From IMG/VR virus record IMGVR_UViG_3300028283_000002, positions 70,438 to 134,437 of that record: a stretch of DNA of 64,000 nt, one strand, 5' to 3'. Positions 17,410-26,407 of the stretch are shown here, one piece after another (positions within the stretch are counted from its first letter, which is position 1; each line of letters begins with the position of its first letter). Under the pieces are notes generated by a model that ran no database searches, was not told the origin of the DNA, and worked only from the letters and a program-made list of their open reading frames with translations. The position numbers were made by a program, and so were the translations under genes. The DNA is from a virus.

Positions 17410-18851
17410 TTTTCTTCCCCATAAGGATCTAAAGACTTACGCCTGTGATACTCTTCGGGATTAGTTTCAAGTAATTTTAATTTATCTATCAATATACTAT
17501 TTTCTTTCATTGCTTTATCTGAAAGTTTCAGATAATGTATAACTTCTTTTTGTACTTCGTTCTTTTCGTTTATAACTCTTCTTAAAGCTTCTTTAGTCTT
17601 CTTTAAATCTTCAACAAGATATTTTTTATTTTCTTCTATTTCTCTGTTTCTTCTATCAAAATAATCTTTATGAAAATTTGCTTCTTTTATCCATTCATCA
17701 GGCTCACCAGGTAAAGGTGAAGACTCATCTTTCCACCATGTAGTATCTGGAATGTTCCACTTTTTAGTTTTTTGCGATGATTCTAACTTATCCCTGTAAT
17801 CAGCGTATTTTTTCTTATTAAGCGTCCACTCTTCTTCTGTTAAAGTTGGTGGGGCGTAAGCACGTGCGTTCTCCCAAGACCTTCCTTCTTCGTATAATTT
17901 ACCACTACCAAACCATCTACCTTCTAACTCACTATCTCTTTGAAAATCTTCGTACCTTTTCTTTTTTTCTTTCCATTCTTGATCACTCAACACTTTTATT
18001 TCACCATCATCACCTTTTTCGATGGGAAGAATAGGGTTAAGTGGAGGATTAAAACCTCTTTTTTTCATTACTTCGTTCCACTCATCTTCTGTATAGCGTT
18101 TATATTTTTCTTCTATTATATTATTATATTTTTCCCTACTGTCACGCAGATGTGGATTTTGATCCAACTTCCATAAAGGAATTTCTTGTTGTTCTGTATC
18201 TACATTTAATTTAATACCTTTTGGATATTTATGTTGTGATACCTGCCAGGAATAAGGTTTATAAGGTTCGTCGTAATCCTTAATTTCATTTCTTCTATCT
18301 GGATTATTTCTATTATATTCTGTTTGTTTTACAAATTCTTTATATCTCTCCCTATTTTCTGTTTCAGTTAAACCATGATCAGGTTTATAAATACCACTTC
18401 TGAAATCTTCTTTTGGTTTTTGTGTCGCCGTTATGAACGGTCTTCCCTGACTGACTATGTTATCAGCCAATTTTCTCACTTCGTCGTGGGTTAATTCTTT
18501 ACCGTCAACATAATACTTATTATCTTTTCTTGTAACTGCTGGATTTTGTAAAGAAAAATGAGATTTACTCGAATATGTTTTCTCACCTTCCGAATTCCAC
18601 ACTTCTGTTATAGGAACAAAAGGTTCTAATCTAGAAACTTCCTTTTCATATTCTTTTGCTACATCTTTTATGGACACAAAAGGTTTTTTTTCTTGGTTTT
18701 CCTTTTCCTTCAATTCCTCGTAATGGAATACATTATTTCGTGCATCAGGTTCGGAAGAAGAAACATCTTTATTTAAATGTAAAGTTTCTTGCCACCATCT
18801 TACACCAGACTCATTTGGATCGTATTCACCATCTTTATTTCTTGCCATCAC
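17397..18851 (-). CDS. Charged Trp-rich protein with coiled coil and DPYGEExW tag
   Basis: 484 aa; repeated (T/S)xxEWxxxKK units; RWFGSGKL; ends SLDPYGEENWEN. Confidence 0.75.
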   Translation of the reverse strand: MMARNKDGEYDPNESGVRWWQETLHLNKDVSSSEPDARNNVFHYEELKEKENQEKKPFVSIKDVAKEYEKEVSRLEPFVPITEVWNSEGEKTYSSKSHFSLQNPAVTRKDNKYYVDGKELTHDEVRKLADNIVSQGRPFITATQKPKEDFRSGIYKPDHGLTETENRERYKEFVKQTEYNRNNPDRRNEIKDYDEPYKPYSWQVSQHKYPKGIKLNVDTEQQEIPLWKLDQNPHLRDSREKYNNIIEEKYKRYTEDEWNEVMKKRGFNPPLNPILPIEKGDDGEIKVLSDQEWKEKKKRYEDFQRDSELEGRWFGSGKLYEEGRSWENARAYAPPTLTEEEWTLNKKKYADYRDKLESSQKTKKWNIPDTTWWKDESSPLPGEPDEWIKEANFHKDYFDRRNREIEENKKYLVEDLKKTKEALRRVINEKNEVQKEVIHYLKLSDKAMKENSILIDKLKLLETNPEEYHRRKSLDPYGEENWEN

Positions 18852-19356
18852 TCATATCTTTAATCTTTTTAACAATCTCTTTTTGTATAGTTTTAGTCAA
18901 TTCATCTACCATCATCTGCTCAAATTCTTTCATATGCTCTTCATACGTTTTCTTTTTTGTAGACTCAGGTGAATCTGGAAAAGTCTTAGGTAATTCTATA
19001 TCAACGTCGTAATAATCACCTAACATTTTTAATTTATTCCAATCATTTTTGTGAATAGAATTTCTGTACCATTTAACGTAAAAAACACATAAAGAATTAA
19101 CAATTAATCCATTCTGTAACAGATAATCGTGACTATCAGAATCTTCCCCACAATCTGTTTCGTGCCATCCTCGCCACCCGTCATCGTTGAATTTTTCTGG
19201 TTTGTCTATATCTGAATAATTTGCTGATCCTCTTTTAGCAAAGCTAAAAGCAGTCTCTATTAGAAGAGTCAATTCATCGTTGATAGGATCTTTTAACTTT
19301 TCTTCTTTCTTAGGTTCCATATATAGAAGAAACCTAGATGTATCATTCCTGTGCAT
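18835..19356 (-). CDS. Hypothetical protein
   Basis: 173-aa operonic ORF. Confidence 0.65.
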   Translation of the reverse strand: MHRNDTSRFLLYMEPKKEEKLKDPINDELTLLIETAFSFAKRGSANYSDIDKPEKFNDDGWRGWHETDCGEDSDSHDYLLQNGLIVNSLCVFYVKWYRNSIHKNDWNKLKMLGDYYDVDIELPKTFPDSPESTKKKTYEEHMKEFEQMMVDELTKTIQKEIVKKIKDMSDGKK

Positions 19357-19525
19357 TTTTATCTTTTTTAAACCATCCTTTAAATTCTTTCCACGATATA
19401 GAATCTGGATTATCTTTCATATCAAACATTCCAAAACGAATAGCCAATACAAAAGCTGCACCCATCATCACAAACACCATACAAAATATTAAAAAACAAT
19501 ATAATAAAATCGCTAATCCCATCAT
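19343..19525 (-). CDS. Small membrane protein
   Basis: Single TM helix. Confidence 0.5.
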   Translation of the reverse strand: MMGLAILLYCFLIFCMVFVMMGAAFVLAIRFGMFDMKDNPDSISWKEFKGWFKKDKNAQE

Positions 19526-19795
19526 AACTTTATAGTTAATAAAAATTTACTACTTTCTTTTAATTCATCTAATTTAGTAAATCCGTCTTTTCTAGCCATA
19601 TCAATCAAAACATTTACAGCTACATCTTCCTATTAATTTTATTAAAACTCTTTCTAATCTTTTAGCTGATTCAACTGTTATATTTTCGTATAATTTAAAT
19701 CTTATTGGTTCTTCTTTATCATTTAGAATTTCAGCAACTACTCTATCAACGTCTTTAATGTTTTTTTTATAATTCACTTTTATAAACGTAATATT

Positions 19796-20101
19796 TCATT
19801 TAGTTTTTAATTCTCTTTTTCTGTTAATAATGATTTCCTCAGCCCTGTAAGCGTCCTGAATATTCATTTTCTTAACGACTATATCTTCACCACCGAAACT
19901 TGATATAATCAGTGTAGTCCCCCAGAGAGAAGTATCTACTTTCACTGCAGCTACATTAAGTATATCCATACTCATACTATCTTTATTCAAAAGACTTTTG
20001 TTCCTTTTACTAAATCTAATAATGTCGTTATCTATCTCTAACACGTAAGGTGTAAAGATAGGACCAAGACGAGTAATATCAGATGTGAATTTATTGTACA
20101 T
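19796..20101 (-). CDS. Bacterial PH-domain-like protein
   Basis: Beta-rich I.F.KRN..L...S.....VAAV.VD..LWG..L.I followed by a C-terminal helix. Confidence 0.55.
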   Translation of the reverse strand: MYNKFTSDITRLGPIFTPYVLEIDNDIIRFSKRNKSLLNKDSMSMDILNVAAVKVDTSLWGTTLIISSFGGEDIVVKKMNIQDAYRAEEIIINRKRELKTK

Positions 20102-20430
20102 TAGGTAAAAATTATAAGATTGTTTTTTGTAGAAATAGCAGATAATTTATTCAAAAGATTTCTGAATTTTACGTGATAATTTCCAGATTGTGTCCAATCA
20201 TCAATAAAAAAATCAATCCTATCAAAGATAACCACAGTGTTTTTAGCCCTATCTAAGACTTCAAACAATTTATCGTTAGATTTATCTTTGAAAGAAATGA
20301 GAGTAGTTTTATCAGACAACGGGTACATAACAGCCATTGTTTCAATCACTATGACGTCTTCGTCTTTAAAATGTTCGAGGAACTTATTTATTTTTTCGTA
20401 ATACATAATTAGTGATTTTATTTTTAACAT
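20101..20430 (-). CDS. Hypothetical protein, possible RecA/DnaB-fold fragment
   Basis: VVIFDRID...L..L..IS.KNNLIIFT; no Walker A motif. Confidence 0.5.
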   Translation of the reverse strand: MLKIKSLIMYYEKINKFLEHFKDEDVIVIETMAVMYPLSDKTTLISFKDKSNDKLFEVLDRAKNTVVIFDRIDFFIDDWTQSGNYHVKFRNLLNKLSAISTKNNLIIFT

Positions 20431-20431
20431 A

Positions 20432-20439
20432 CAAATATA
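20432..20439 (-). promoter_or_regulatory. Bacteroidota-type -7 promoter heading the 10.7-20.4 kb minus-strand operon
   Basis: TATATTTG matches TAnnTTTG. Confidence 0.5.
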
Positions 20440-20519
20440 ATAATAAATTTTGGAATAAAAAATATATTGAAAAATAAACTTCTATCTAATTTTCATTTAT
20501 ATAAAAGAAAAGCTATACT

Positions 20520-21149
20520 ATGAAGATTTCCGTAATAATGGCGAGTTTCCTCAACATGCCTGGAAGAACACAGTTAGACGCTAAATTCAAAAGAGCAGTC
20601 ACATCCTTCCTTAAACAATCACACGAAGATAAAGAACTTATCATCGTCGCAGACGGCTGCGAGAAAACAATGCAAATATACAACGATAATTTTATAAATT
20701 ACGATAATATTAAATTAATTCCTATTCCTAAACAACCACTATACTCCGGTGTTATGAGAAATATAGCATACGAAGTGGCTGAAGGTGATATAGTTACATA
20801 TCTTGACGCTGATGATGTTATAGGCAAAAATCATTTATCTAGTATATTAAATCAATTTGATACAGAAAAATACGATTGGATTTATTACGATGATTATATG
20901 ACTCTTGATAAAGACTTTAAGAAGTTACATGTTAGGGTAGTTGAGCCACGATACGCTTCTATTGGAACTAGTAGTATATCACATAAGAATCCAAAATTAT
21001 TAAAAGACGGACAGTATCTTAAATTTTCTACGGGATATGGACACGATTTTGTTTTCGTGATGAAATTAGCTTCTTTGGGATATAGATTTAAGAAACTGGA
21101 AAAGATGCCTGAATATATTGTGTGTCACTACCAAGGAATGGACGTGTAA
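20520..21149 (+). CDS. GT2-family glycosyltransferase
   Basis: KISVIM, ELIIVADG, RN......GD.V.YLDADD, GHD. Confidence 0.9.
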   Translation: MKISVIMASFLNMPGRTQLDAKFKRAVTSFLKQSHEDKELIIVADGCEKTMQIYNDNFINYDNIKLIPIPKQPLYSGVMRNIAYEVAEGDIVTYLDADDVIGKNHLSSILNQFDTEKYDWIYYDDYMTLDKDFKKLHVRVVEPRYASIGTSSISHKNPKLLKDGQYLKFSTGYGHDFVFVMKLASLGYRFKKLEKMPEYIVCHYQGMDV

Positions 21150-21943
21150 TTTATCAATTTATCAAATTCGTCATAATTCTTATTGATTATAATAATATAT
21201 TTATATTGTTTCTCAACTTCTTCTTTTTGATATTTAATTCTACTGGCAAATTTATCCTTCCAATAAGATGATTTTATCTCGACTATAAGATTAAGTTCAC
21301 TGATATAGAAATCTGAATGATATACTTTATTTATACTATCACATAAGTATTTAATAGATGGTCCTCTTTCAATTTTAATTCTATCATAGTATTTTTCTAA
21401 AAAATCTAATTCGTAAGAACCTTGATAATAAATGTCTGTGTTTCTAAAATTTTTAATTTTATTACCGGTTGAAAATGATTTAATTAAAATATCATGATTT
21501 TGTGTTGGATTATCACATCCATAATTTTTTCTATATGTTTCTATTCTATCTTCTAAACATTTCTGTGTCTGCATATTATGCTCCACTCCATATTTTTCAA
21601 CCATAGTGTGTTTGATTTTATTTATCTTATCACTACTTTGGAAACAGTTTTTAACCCCGTATAATTTCATATTAGTTTCTTCCCTTTTAATGTTAGAGCA
21701 TATACCTTTACATAAATACATTTCAGTTTTGTTTTTTGTAGAATCTATATAAGTTGAATGAAGTATTTCCCTTTCTGTTCCACAAAAATCACATTTAACT
21801 CTTATTTTAGATTTACCTGGCGCTAATTCAATAGGCACATCTATTATGTCACCCAACTTGGTATTATAGAATTGTTCATGTTGTTTATAATGAGGAATAT
21901 TTCCTCTATTCAATCTAATTTTCACTATTTTTGTTAGTATCAT
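21128..21943 (-). CDS. Putative homing endonuclease (zinc ribbon, KYGV repeats, PD-(D/E)XK domain)
   Basis: CDFCG; YGVKN/YGVEH/YGCDN repeats; SYELDF, YHSDFY..., VEIKS. Confidence 0.75.
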   Translation of the reverse strand: MILTKIVKIRLNRGNIPHYKQHEQFYNTKLGDIIDVPIELAPGKSKIRVKCDFCGTEREILHSTYIDSTKNKTEMYLCKGICSNIKREETNMKLYGVKNCFQSSDKINKIKHTMVEKYGVEHNMQTQKCLEDRIETYRKNYGCDNPTQNHDILIKSFSTGNKIKNFRNTDIYYQGSYELDFLEKYYDRIKIERGPSIKYLCDSINKVYHSDFYISELNLIVEIKSSYWKDKFASRIKYQKEEVEKQYKYIIIINKNYDEFDKLINYTSIPW

Positions 21944-22082
21944 CTTTTTTCTTATTTTTATCAATATAATCTTTTATTATCTTATTAACCAATTTGGATT
22001 TAGTTATAAGTCCATCCTCGCAGAAATCATCGAGTTCTTTAATAACTTCTTCATCTAATGTAAAACTAAAAACTTTCTTCAT
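21915..22082 (-). CDS. Ribbon-helix-helix (CopG-like) protein (start revised to 22082)
   Basis: MKKVFSFTLDEEVIKELDDFC....TKSKLVNKII. Confidence 0.75.
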   Translation of the reverse strand: MKKVFSFTLDEEVIKELDDFCEDGLITKSKLVNKIIKDYIDKNKKKDDTNKNSEN

Positions 22083-22126
22083 ATTATATCTTATTATTTT
22101 ATAATATATATTAAAAACTAAAAACG

Positions 22127-22154
22127 AAAAAAGATCCCACTGGGGATCTTTTTT
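22127..22154. terminator. Bidirectional Rho-independent terminator
   Basis: AAAAAAGATCCC-ACTG-GGGATCTTTTTT. Confidence 0.8.
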
Positions 22155-22189
22155 CACAATTTAGCAGGTAAAGTTTTAACCAATGGTGG

Positions 22190-22846
22190 TCATCCAACAT
22201 TTGTAGCTGGCAAAGTTTGTACCACAGGTAAAGCTGCAGGTGTAATAAAAGTCATATCTTCACCGTAGGCGGTTCCAACACTATTAGTAGCCTTTATTCT
22301 AAAATGATATAAAGTGCCAGGAATAAGAACTGAAGTACTATTATACCCACCAGAACTTAATTGTAGTGAGCACATCACTGTTTCATTTCCGTTAACAACT
22401 CCAAATGAAGCTTCGTAATCGTAAGTGGTTCCTGTGCCGTAATCAAAATAAACGTGTGTAGATTCACCCAGTGGGTTACAACTACCATTGAGAGTAGCGA
22501 ATGGTGGTGATACAGCGTTCCAATTAGCACCACCTCTAACTTCTTGTGGTCCTTCCGGTGGAGGTGTACTATCCCATCCAACTAACCCGTAAACCCCAGG
22601 TGGTAAATCTTCTATAATGCAGTTATAATCTTCTGCAGCTAAGATCATTTCCTCGGGTGTATGAGCAGTAATTTGTGGAGCTGGTATGTTCTCAATTGTG
22701 CGATACATATTGTTATTAATTTTCAGATCCACCTTAAACGGGGCGATGCCGTCTTGTATGTGTATTTTTATCATACCATCAGCCAATCCGTAGCCTGATA
22801 CAGGTAATACACAACCCCAAAATTTTAAATTGTAATTTTCTTCCAT
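22190..22846 (-). CDS. Fibronectin-III/Ig-like domain protein (possible virion decoration protein)
   Basis: ATLNGSCNP.G..T.V.FDYG...L.PGT.YHFRIKATNSVGTAYG.D.TF.T. Confidence 0.8.
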   Translation of the reverse strand: MEENYNLKFWGCVLPVSGYGLADGMIKIHIQDGIAPFKVDLKINNNMYRTIENIPAPQITAHTPEEMILAAEDYNCIIEDLPPGVYGLVGWDSTPPPEGPQEVRGGANWNAVSPPFATLNGSCNPLGESTHVYFDYGTGTTYDYEASFGVVNGNETVMCSLQLSSGGYNSTSVLIPGTLYHFRIKATNSVGTAYGEDMTFITPAALPVVQTLPATNVG

Positions 22847-22859
22847 AGTAATAATTACT

Positions 22860-23060
22860 TTTTGTCCCTAATAAGAGATTAAGAAAAATTGTTTCGAGTA
22901 TAATTTAATCTTAACGGGTATCGTATTCTTCCGAAAAGCATCCTATGAGGATAGGCGTAGATAACCTAATTATTAATATGTCCCTATACGGGTGAGGCTT
23001 GTAGCACGTGTAAACACGTATGGTTATTTAACTGACTAGTCAGTATTTGTTATTCGTCCG
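22860..23060 (-). ncRNA. Candidate structured 5' leader / ncRNA
   Basis: About 200-nt non-coding region with higher GC and several hairpins, lying between a TATATATA box and the FN3 gene. Confidence 0.3.
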
Positions 23061-23073
23061 TGATATATATAAT

Positions 23074-23103
23074 AAAAAAAGATCCTCTTTTGGAGGATCT
23101 TAA
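23074..23103. terminator. Rho-independent terminator for the 23177-25888 gene
   Basis: AAGATCCTC-TTTTG-GAGGATCTT with A7 on the left (U tract on the minus strand). Confidence 0.8.
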
Positions 23104-23176
23104 AAAGGTGGACCCAGTGTATTGTATAGTGAAGTGGCACAACTTAACCAAAATCACTGGAAATTACCCACCAAAG

Positions 23177-25888
23177 TTATGAAGGACCTATATAGGTCGT
23201 AGGAGAATATTGAACATTCTGAATCTCCTCGTTTATAAAGTCCTTAGTTACTAAGTACCTGTGATTTATATCACTAGTATCACTGGCGTCTATTCTCACA
23301 ACACTTAGTTTAATTCCTTTATAATAATGAGCCTTTGGAGTACCTCTTAATTTAACCGACCAACCACTTGTGTCCCAGTCTAATATTGCCTGAATACCGA
23401 TTAGTCCCACTATTTTATACAATCCTGACCAGTCTGTATATGTGTTACCACTCAATAGATATAAATCTTCAATATAAATCCAGTCATTAACGTAGAATAA
23501 ATCTTCTTTTAAATCTATTGTTGTTCCTGTTCCCCAAGTTGCACCTGTTGTTAATCTATCAATGAATGTACTTAATTTCATATAATATGAATTGTTAAAT
23601 GTCGAACCTGTTGGGTTTGTTGGAACGTAAGTTGAAATATCCACTGGTAAATCTATCGGGCCTATTAATAATTGTTCAGTTTTAGCATTAGGTGTACCGT
23701 CATTGAACATTACATTAATATTCAATTCATTGGAATATAAAGCTATATCAGGTCTTAATATAAAATCCACTGATTGTTTAAACGCTAGATCTTGATCAAG
23801 AGCCACTTGTAAAACCAAACCTTTATTCTCTACAACCATATCGTTAAATATATTTACCAAGAACTTACCTGTGTTTGGCACAGTAATTAGTTGTGATATT
23901 GTAGTAGTTATACCAGTTTGACCAGAATGTGCTATATTATAATTTGCTATGTCTGTTGAAAACATATTATAAATTTCACTATAATCAACATTAACAGCGT
24001 TAAAACTTAAAGCTGGATAATTTTTAGTATAATCAATTCCAATTTTAACAGTATCAGAATCAACAAATTGATTGGTTTGATATAATTTTAATATATCTTC
24101 CATATTTCTGAGTCTGTTTTTAATTTCACTAACATCTGTTTGTGAATAGATTAGGCTTTTAAGTCTAACTATATCGTCGTTCATTGTTATAAATTCAGTA
24201 ATAATAGTTGAGAACTGTTCGGATAAGAGAACGTAATTGCTCATAACTTTATTGTAGAGATCGAATCCAAATATATTATAAATCGAAGTTGGATCGTACC
24301 TTAATGGTAACATATCGTTATCAACTTTAAAATCCAAATTCAAGTTATAGATATAAGAATATCCGTCTTGATTAGAGTTAGTAACAAGTTTTTTTGTTAA
24401 AGTGATCATTCTGTCGCCAGATGTTCCAAAGTCGTTATCTGGGTTATCAAGAAATTCAATACCGTAAAGATTTGTATAGACTTTATTTGTACCGTGATCG
24501 TGTACTTGGTAGTACCAAAGAATTGCGTTAAAATCAAAATCTTCAGGTGGATTACCGTTTTGTGAAATAGAATTGAATTCGTCAAAATTTAAAACATTTG
24601 AAGCTGCAGTTTGAGCTTTATAATAATGTTTTAAATTGAAATCCATACATACACCGTCAATATTAGCATCGTCGAAATCATTTAAGAATTCAAAAGCGTC
24701 GTCTGCTGCTAATCCAACGTTATTAACTCTAAGTACACCAAAGTAATCTCCACTATATCTAATAGGATCACCAGTACTCATTTTATACGTTTTATCGTAT
24801 GTATCAAAATATCCAAAATAAGAACCTGGATAATCATTAGGATTACTTCTTATAGGAGAACTTAAATTTTCTGAACCTATAATTTCGTCTTGAATCTGGT
24901 CATCGAGAATTGGAATAGATAAACCAGGATAATAATTTGTATTAGTCTGTGTTTCAAATAAAACTGTTGGGGTCATTCCAGCGTGTGCTGGTATCATCGC
25001 TGTAAACTCTGTGAAAGTTTGTTGTGAAGATTGTACTTTACTAGTAGCTTGAATTTCACCGATATACTGTACTAATTTATGATAACTTAAATAACATATT
25101 GTATCTGTAGCGCCGAAAGCAGATGGCGTTAAAGTGTTGAATAAAGTTATAATTGTTTGATTTGTTGGGGGATTTTGTTCTATCAATGTGATTTCACAAG
25201 TTATACCTGTTAATTCAGCGGGTGTAGTTGAGCCAGAAAAAAGAATATTATCACCAACTCTGAATTTAGAGTAACTATTTATTGTAACTACGGCGTAGCC
25301 CAGTGAACCATCAACAGAACAAGCGTAATTTTTAACTTCTCTTTCTTTCCAAAGATATTTTCTAAAATAATCTTGATTAGTAACAGTTGAAGCGTTATTG
25401 TTATCAAAATCAGAAAGATTTTTATCCCAATCTATTTTATGTTCAGCTGGTTCCAAGTCTATAATATTGTGTAATCTACACCATTTCCAGAATATTTCTT
25501 CTGTTGGTGTTTTTCTTTCCATAGGATTATAGAAATCTTTATTAGCAGTAATTCTTGTCTCTCTGAAACAAGCGTCTTGGTTTGCTATGTAGTTTCTAAT
25601 AGATTCAACTAATTGGTCAGAGTATTTTGTTGGATTACCAGCGTTTGGATCAAAATTATATGTATTTATACCGCGTGTAGGATCAACAACGTCTTGTTTT
25701 GAAAAGTTCAAAACTGGACCAGTGGTTGGATCGTTGCTTGATGGTATATTTAACAAAACGAATTTTGTAACTTGAACATCAAATGCCTCTTGAAATGGGT
25801 AAACATTGAAATCATTTGCTGCTGAAGGAAATGCTAAGAACGTCGTGCCACGTGTTCTTAAGCTTTTATAAAGGGGACAACTTGCCAT
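23177..25888 (-). CDS. Large putative virion structural protein
   Basis: 903 aa, N/T/D-rich and beta-rich with a central coiled coil; preceded by the late-type box. Confidence 0.6.
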   Translation of the reverse strand: MASCPLYKSLRTRGTTFLAFPSAANDFNVYPFQEAFDVQVTKFVLLNIPSSNDPTTGPVLNFSKQDVVDPTRGINTYNFDPNAGNPTKYSDQLVESIRNYIANQDACFRETRITANKDFYNPMERKTPTEEIFWKWCRLHNIIDLEPAEHKIDWDKNLSDFDNNNASTVTNQDYFRKYLWKEREVKNYACSVDGSLGYAVVTINSYSKFRVGDNILFSGSTTPAELTGITCEITLIEQNPPTNQTIITLFNTLTPSAFGATDTICYLSYHKLVQYIGEIQATSKVQSSQQTFTEFTAMIPAHAGMTPTVLFETQTNTNYYPGLSIPILDDQIQDEIIGSENLSSPIRSNPNDYPGSYFGYFDTYDKTYKMSTGDPIRYSGDYFGVLRVNNVGLAADDAFEFLNDFDDANIDGVCMDFNLKHYYKAQTAASNVLNFDEFNSISQNGNPPEDFDFNAILWYYQVHDHGTNKVYTNLYGIEFLDNPDNDFGTSGDRMITLTKKLVTNSNQDGYSYIYNLNLDFKVDNDMLPLRYDPTSIYNIFGFDLYNKVMSNYVLLSEQFSTIITEFITMNDDIVRLKSLIYSQTDVSEIKNRLRNMEDILKLYQTNQFVDSDTVKIGIDYTKNYPALSFNAVNVDYSEIYNMFSTDIANYNIAHSGQTGITTTISQLITVPNTGKFLVNIFNDMVVENKGLVLQVALDQDLAFKQSVDFILRPDIALYSNELNINVMFNDGTPNAKTEQLLIGPIDLPVDISTYVPTNPTGSTFNNSYYMKLSTFIDRLTTGATWGTGTTIDLKEDLFYVNDWIYIEDLYLLSGNTYTDWSGLYKIVGLIGIQAILDWDTSGWSVKLRGTPKAHYYKGIKLSVVRIDASDTSDINHRYLVTKDFINEEIQNVQYSPTTYIGPS

Positions 25889-25973
25889 TATCTATATGTT
25901 TTTTCTTTTATATATTAAAAATGGCGTGTTACATTTATTTTTTTATTTAGAAGATTTTGATTAATTTTGTACT

Positions 25974-26165
25974 ATGAAACGGGAAATGCGATATATCGTG
26001 GAAGTGCCATCTGGCGAGATTATATGGGTACCTTATAGTATCTTTAACATTCTTGCTGCCTATAACATGCTTGGTTACGATAAAAGAGGATTTCATTTCT
26101 TTGTTAACTCTAAAAGAAAAGAAGTTAATGAGATTATAAAATACGAAAGTAAAATGGTATCGTAA
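25974..26165 (+). CDS. Small hypothetical protein
   Basis: Preceded by a TAATTTTG box (25962-25969) and followed by a terminator. Confidence 0.55.
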   Translation: MKREMRYIVEVPSGEIIWVPYSIFNILAAYNMLGYDKRGFHFFVNSKRKEVNEIIKYESKMVS

Positions 26166-26200
26166 AAAAAGAAGAGTCACTTGGACTCTTCTTTTTCTTT
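26164..26200. terminator. Bidirectional terminator between convergent genes
   Basis: AAAAAAAGAAGAGTC-ACTTG-GACTCTTCTTTTT. Confidence 0.75.
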
Positions 26201-26407
26201 TTTCTTCATACCTAGTATTTCCTGGTCTTTATCATCAATTTCCATCCATATTCTAAAGCCATCGTCATGATTAAACATAAATAATATATTCACGTCTAAC
26301 CATAACATAATATCTACAAGAATGTCGTAAAACCAATTTCTGCCTTTTATATCTTCGTTACAAGGGTTGTAATAAATGGGTATTCCTCTATAATAGGCTT
26401 TTTTCAT
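26177..26407 (-). CDS. Hypothetical protein
   Basis: Coupled to the upstream acidic gene. Confidence 0.6.
   Translation of the reverse strand: MKKAYYRGIPIYYNPCNEDIKGRNWFYDILVDIMLWLDVNILFMFNHDDGFRIWMEIDDKDQEILGMKKKEKEESK

Noticed and set aside
10848-17429. DPYGEExW-coding repeats as a CRISPR array or attC-like DNA cassette sites
   Set aside because: Spacing is gene-sized and irregular, the repeats are always in frame, third positions vary freely, and there is no palindrome, cas gene or integrase. A secondary role as recombination micro-homology cannot be excluded.
22860-23176. tRNA or known ribozyme in the GC-richer intergenic region
   Set aside because: No cloverleaf or TTCGA T-loop context and no hammerhead or pistol core could be recognised by eye.
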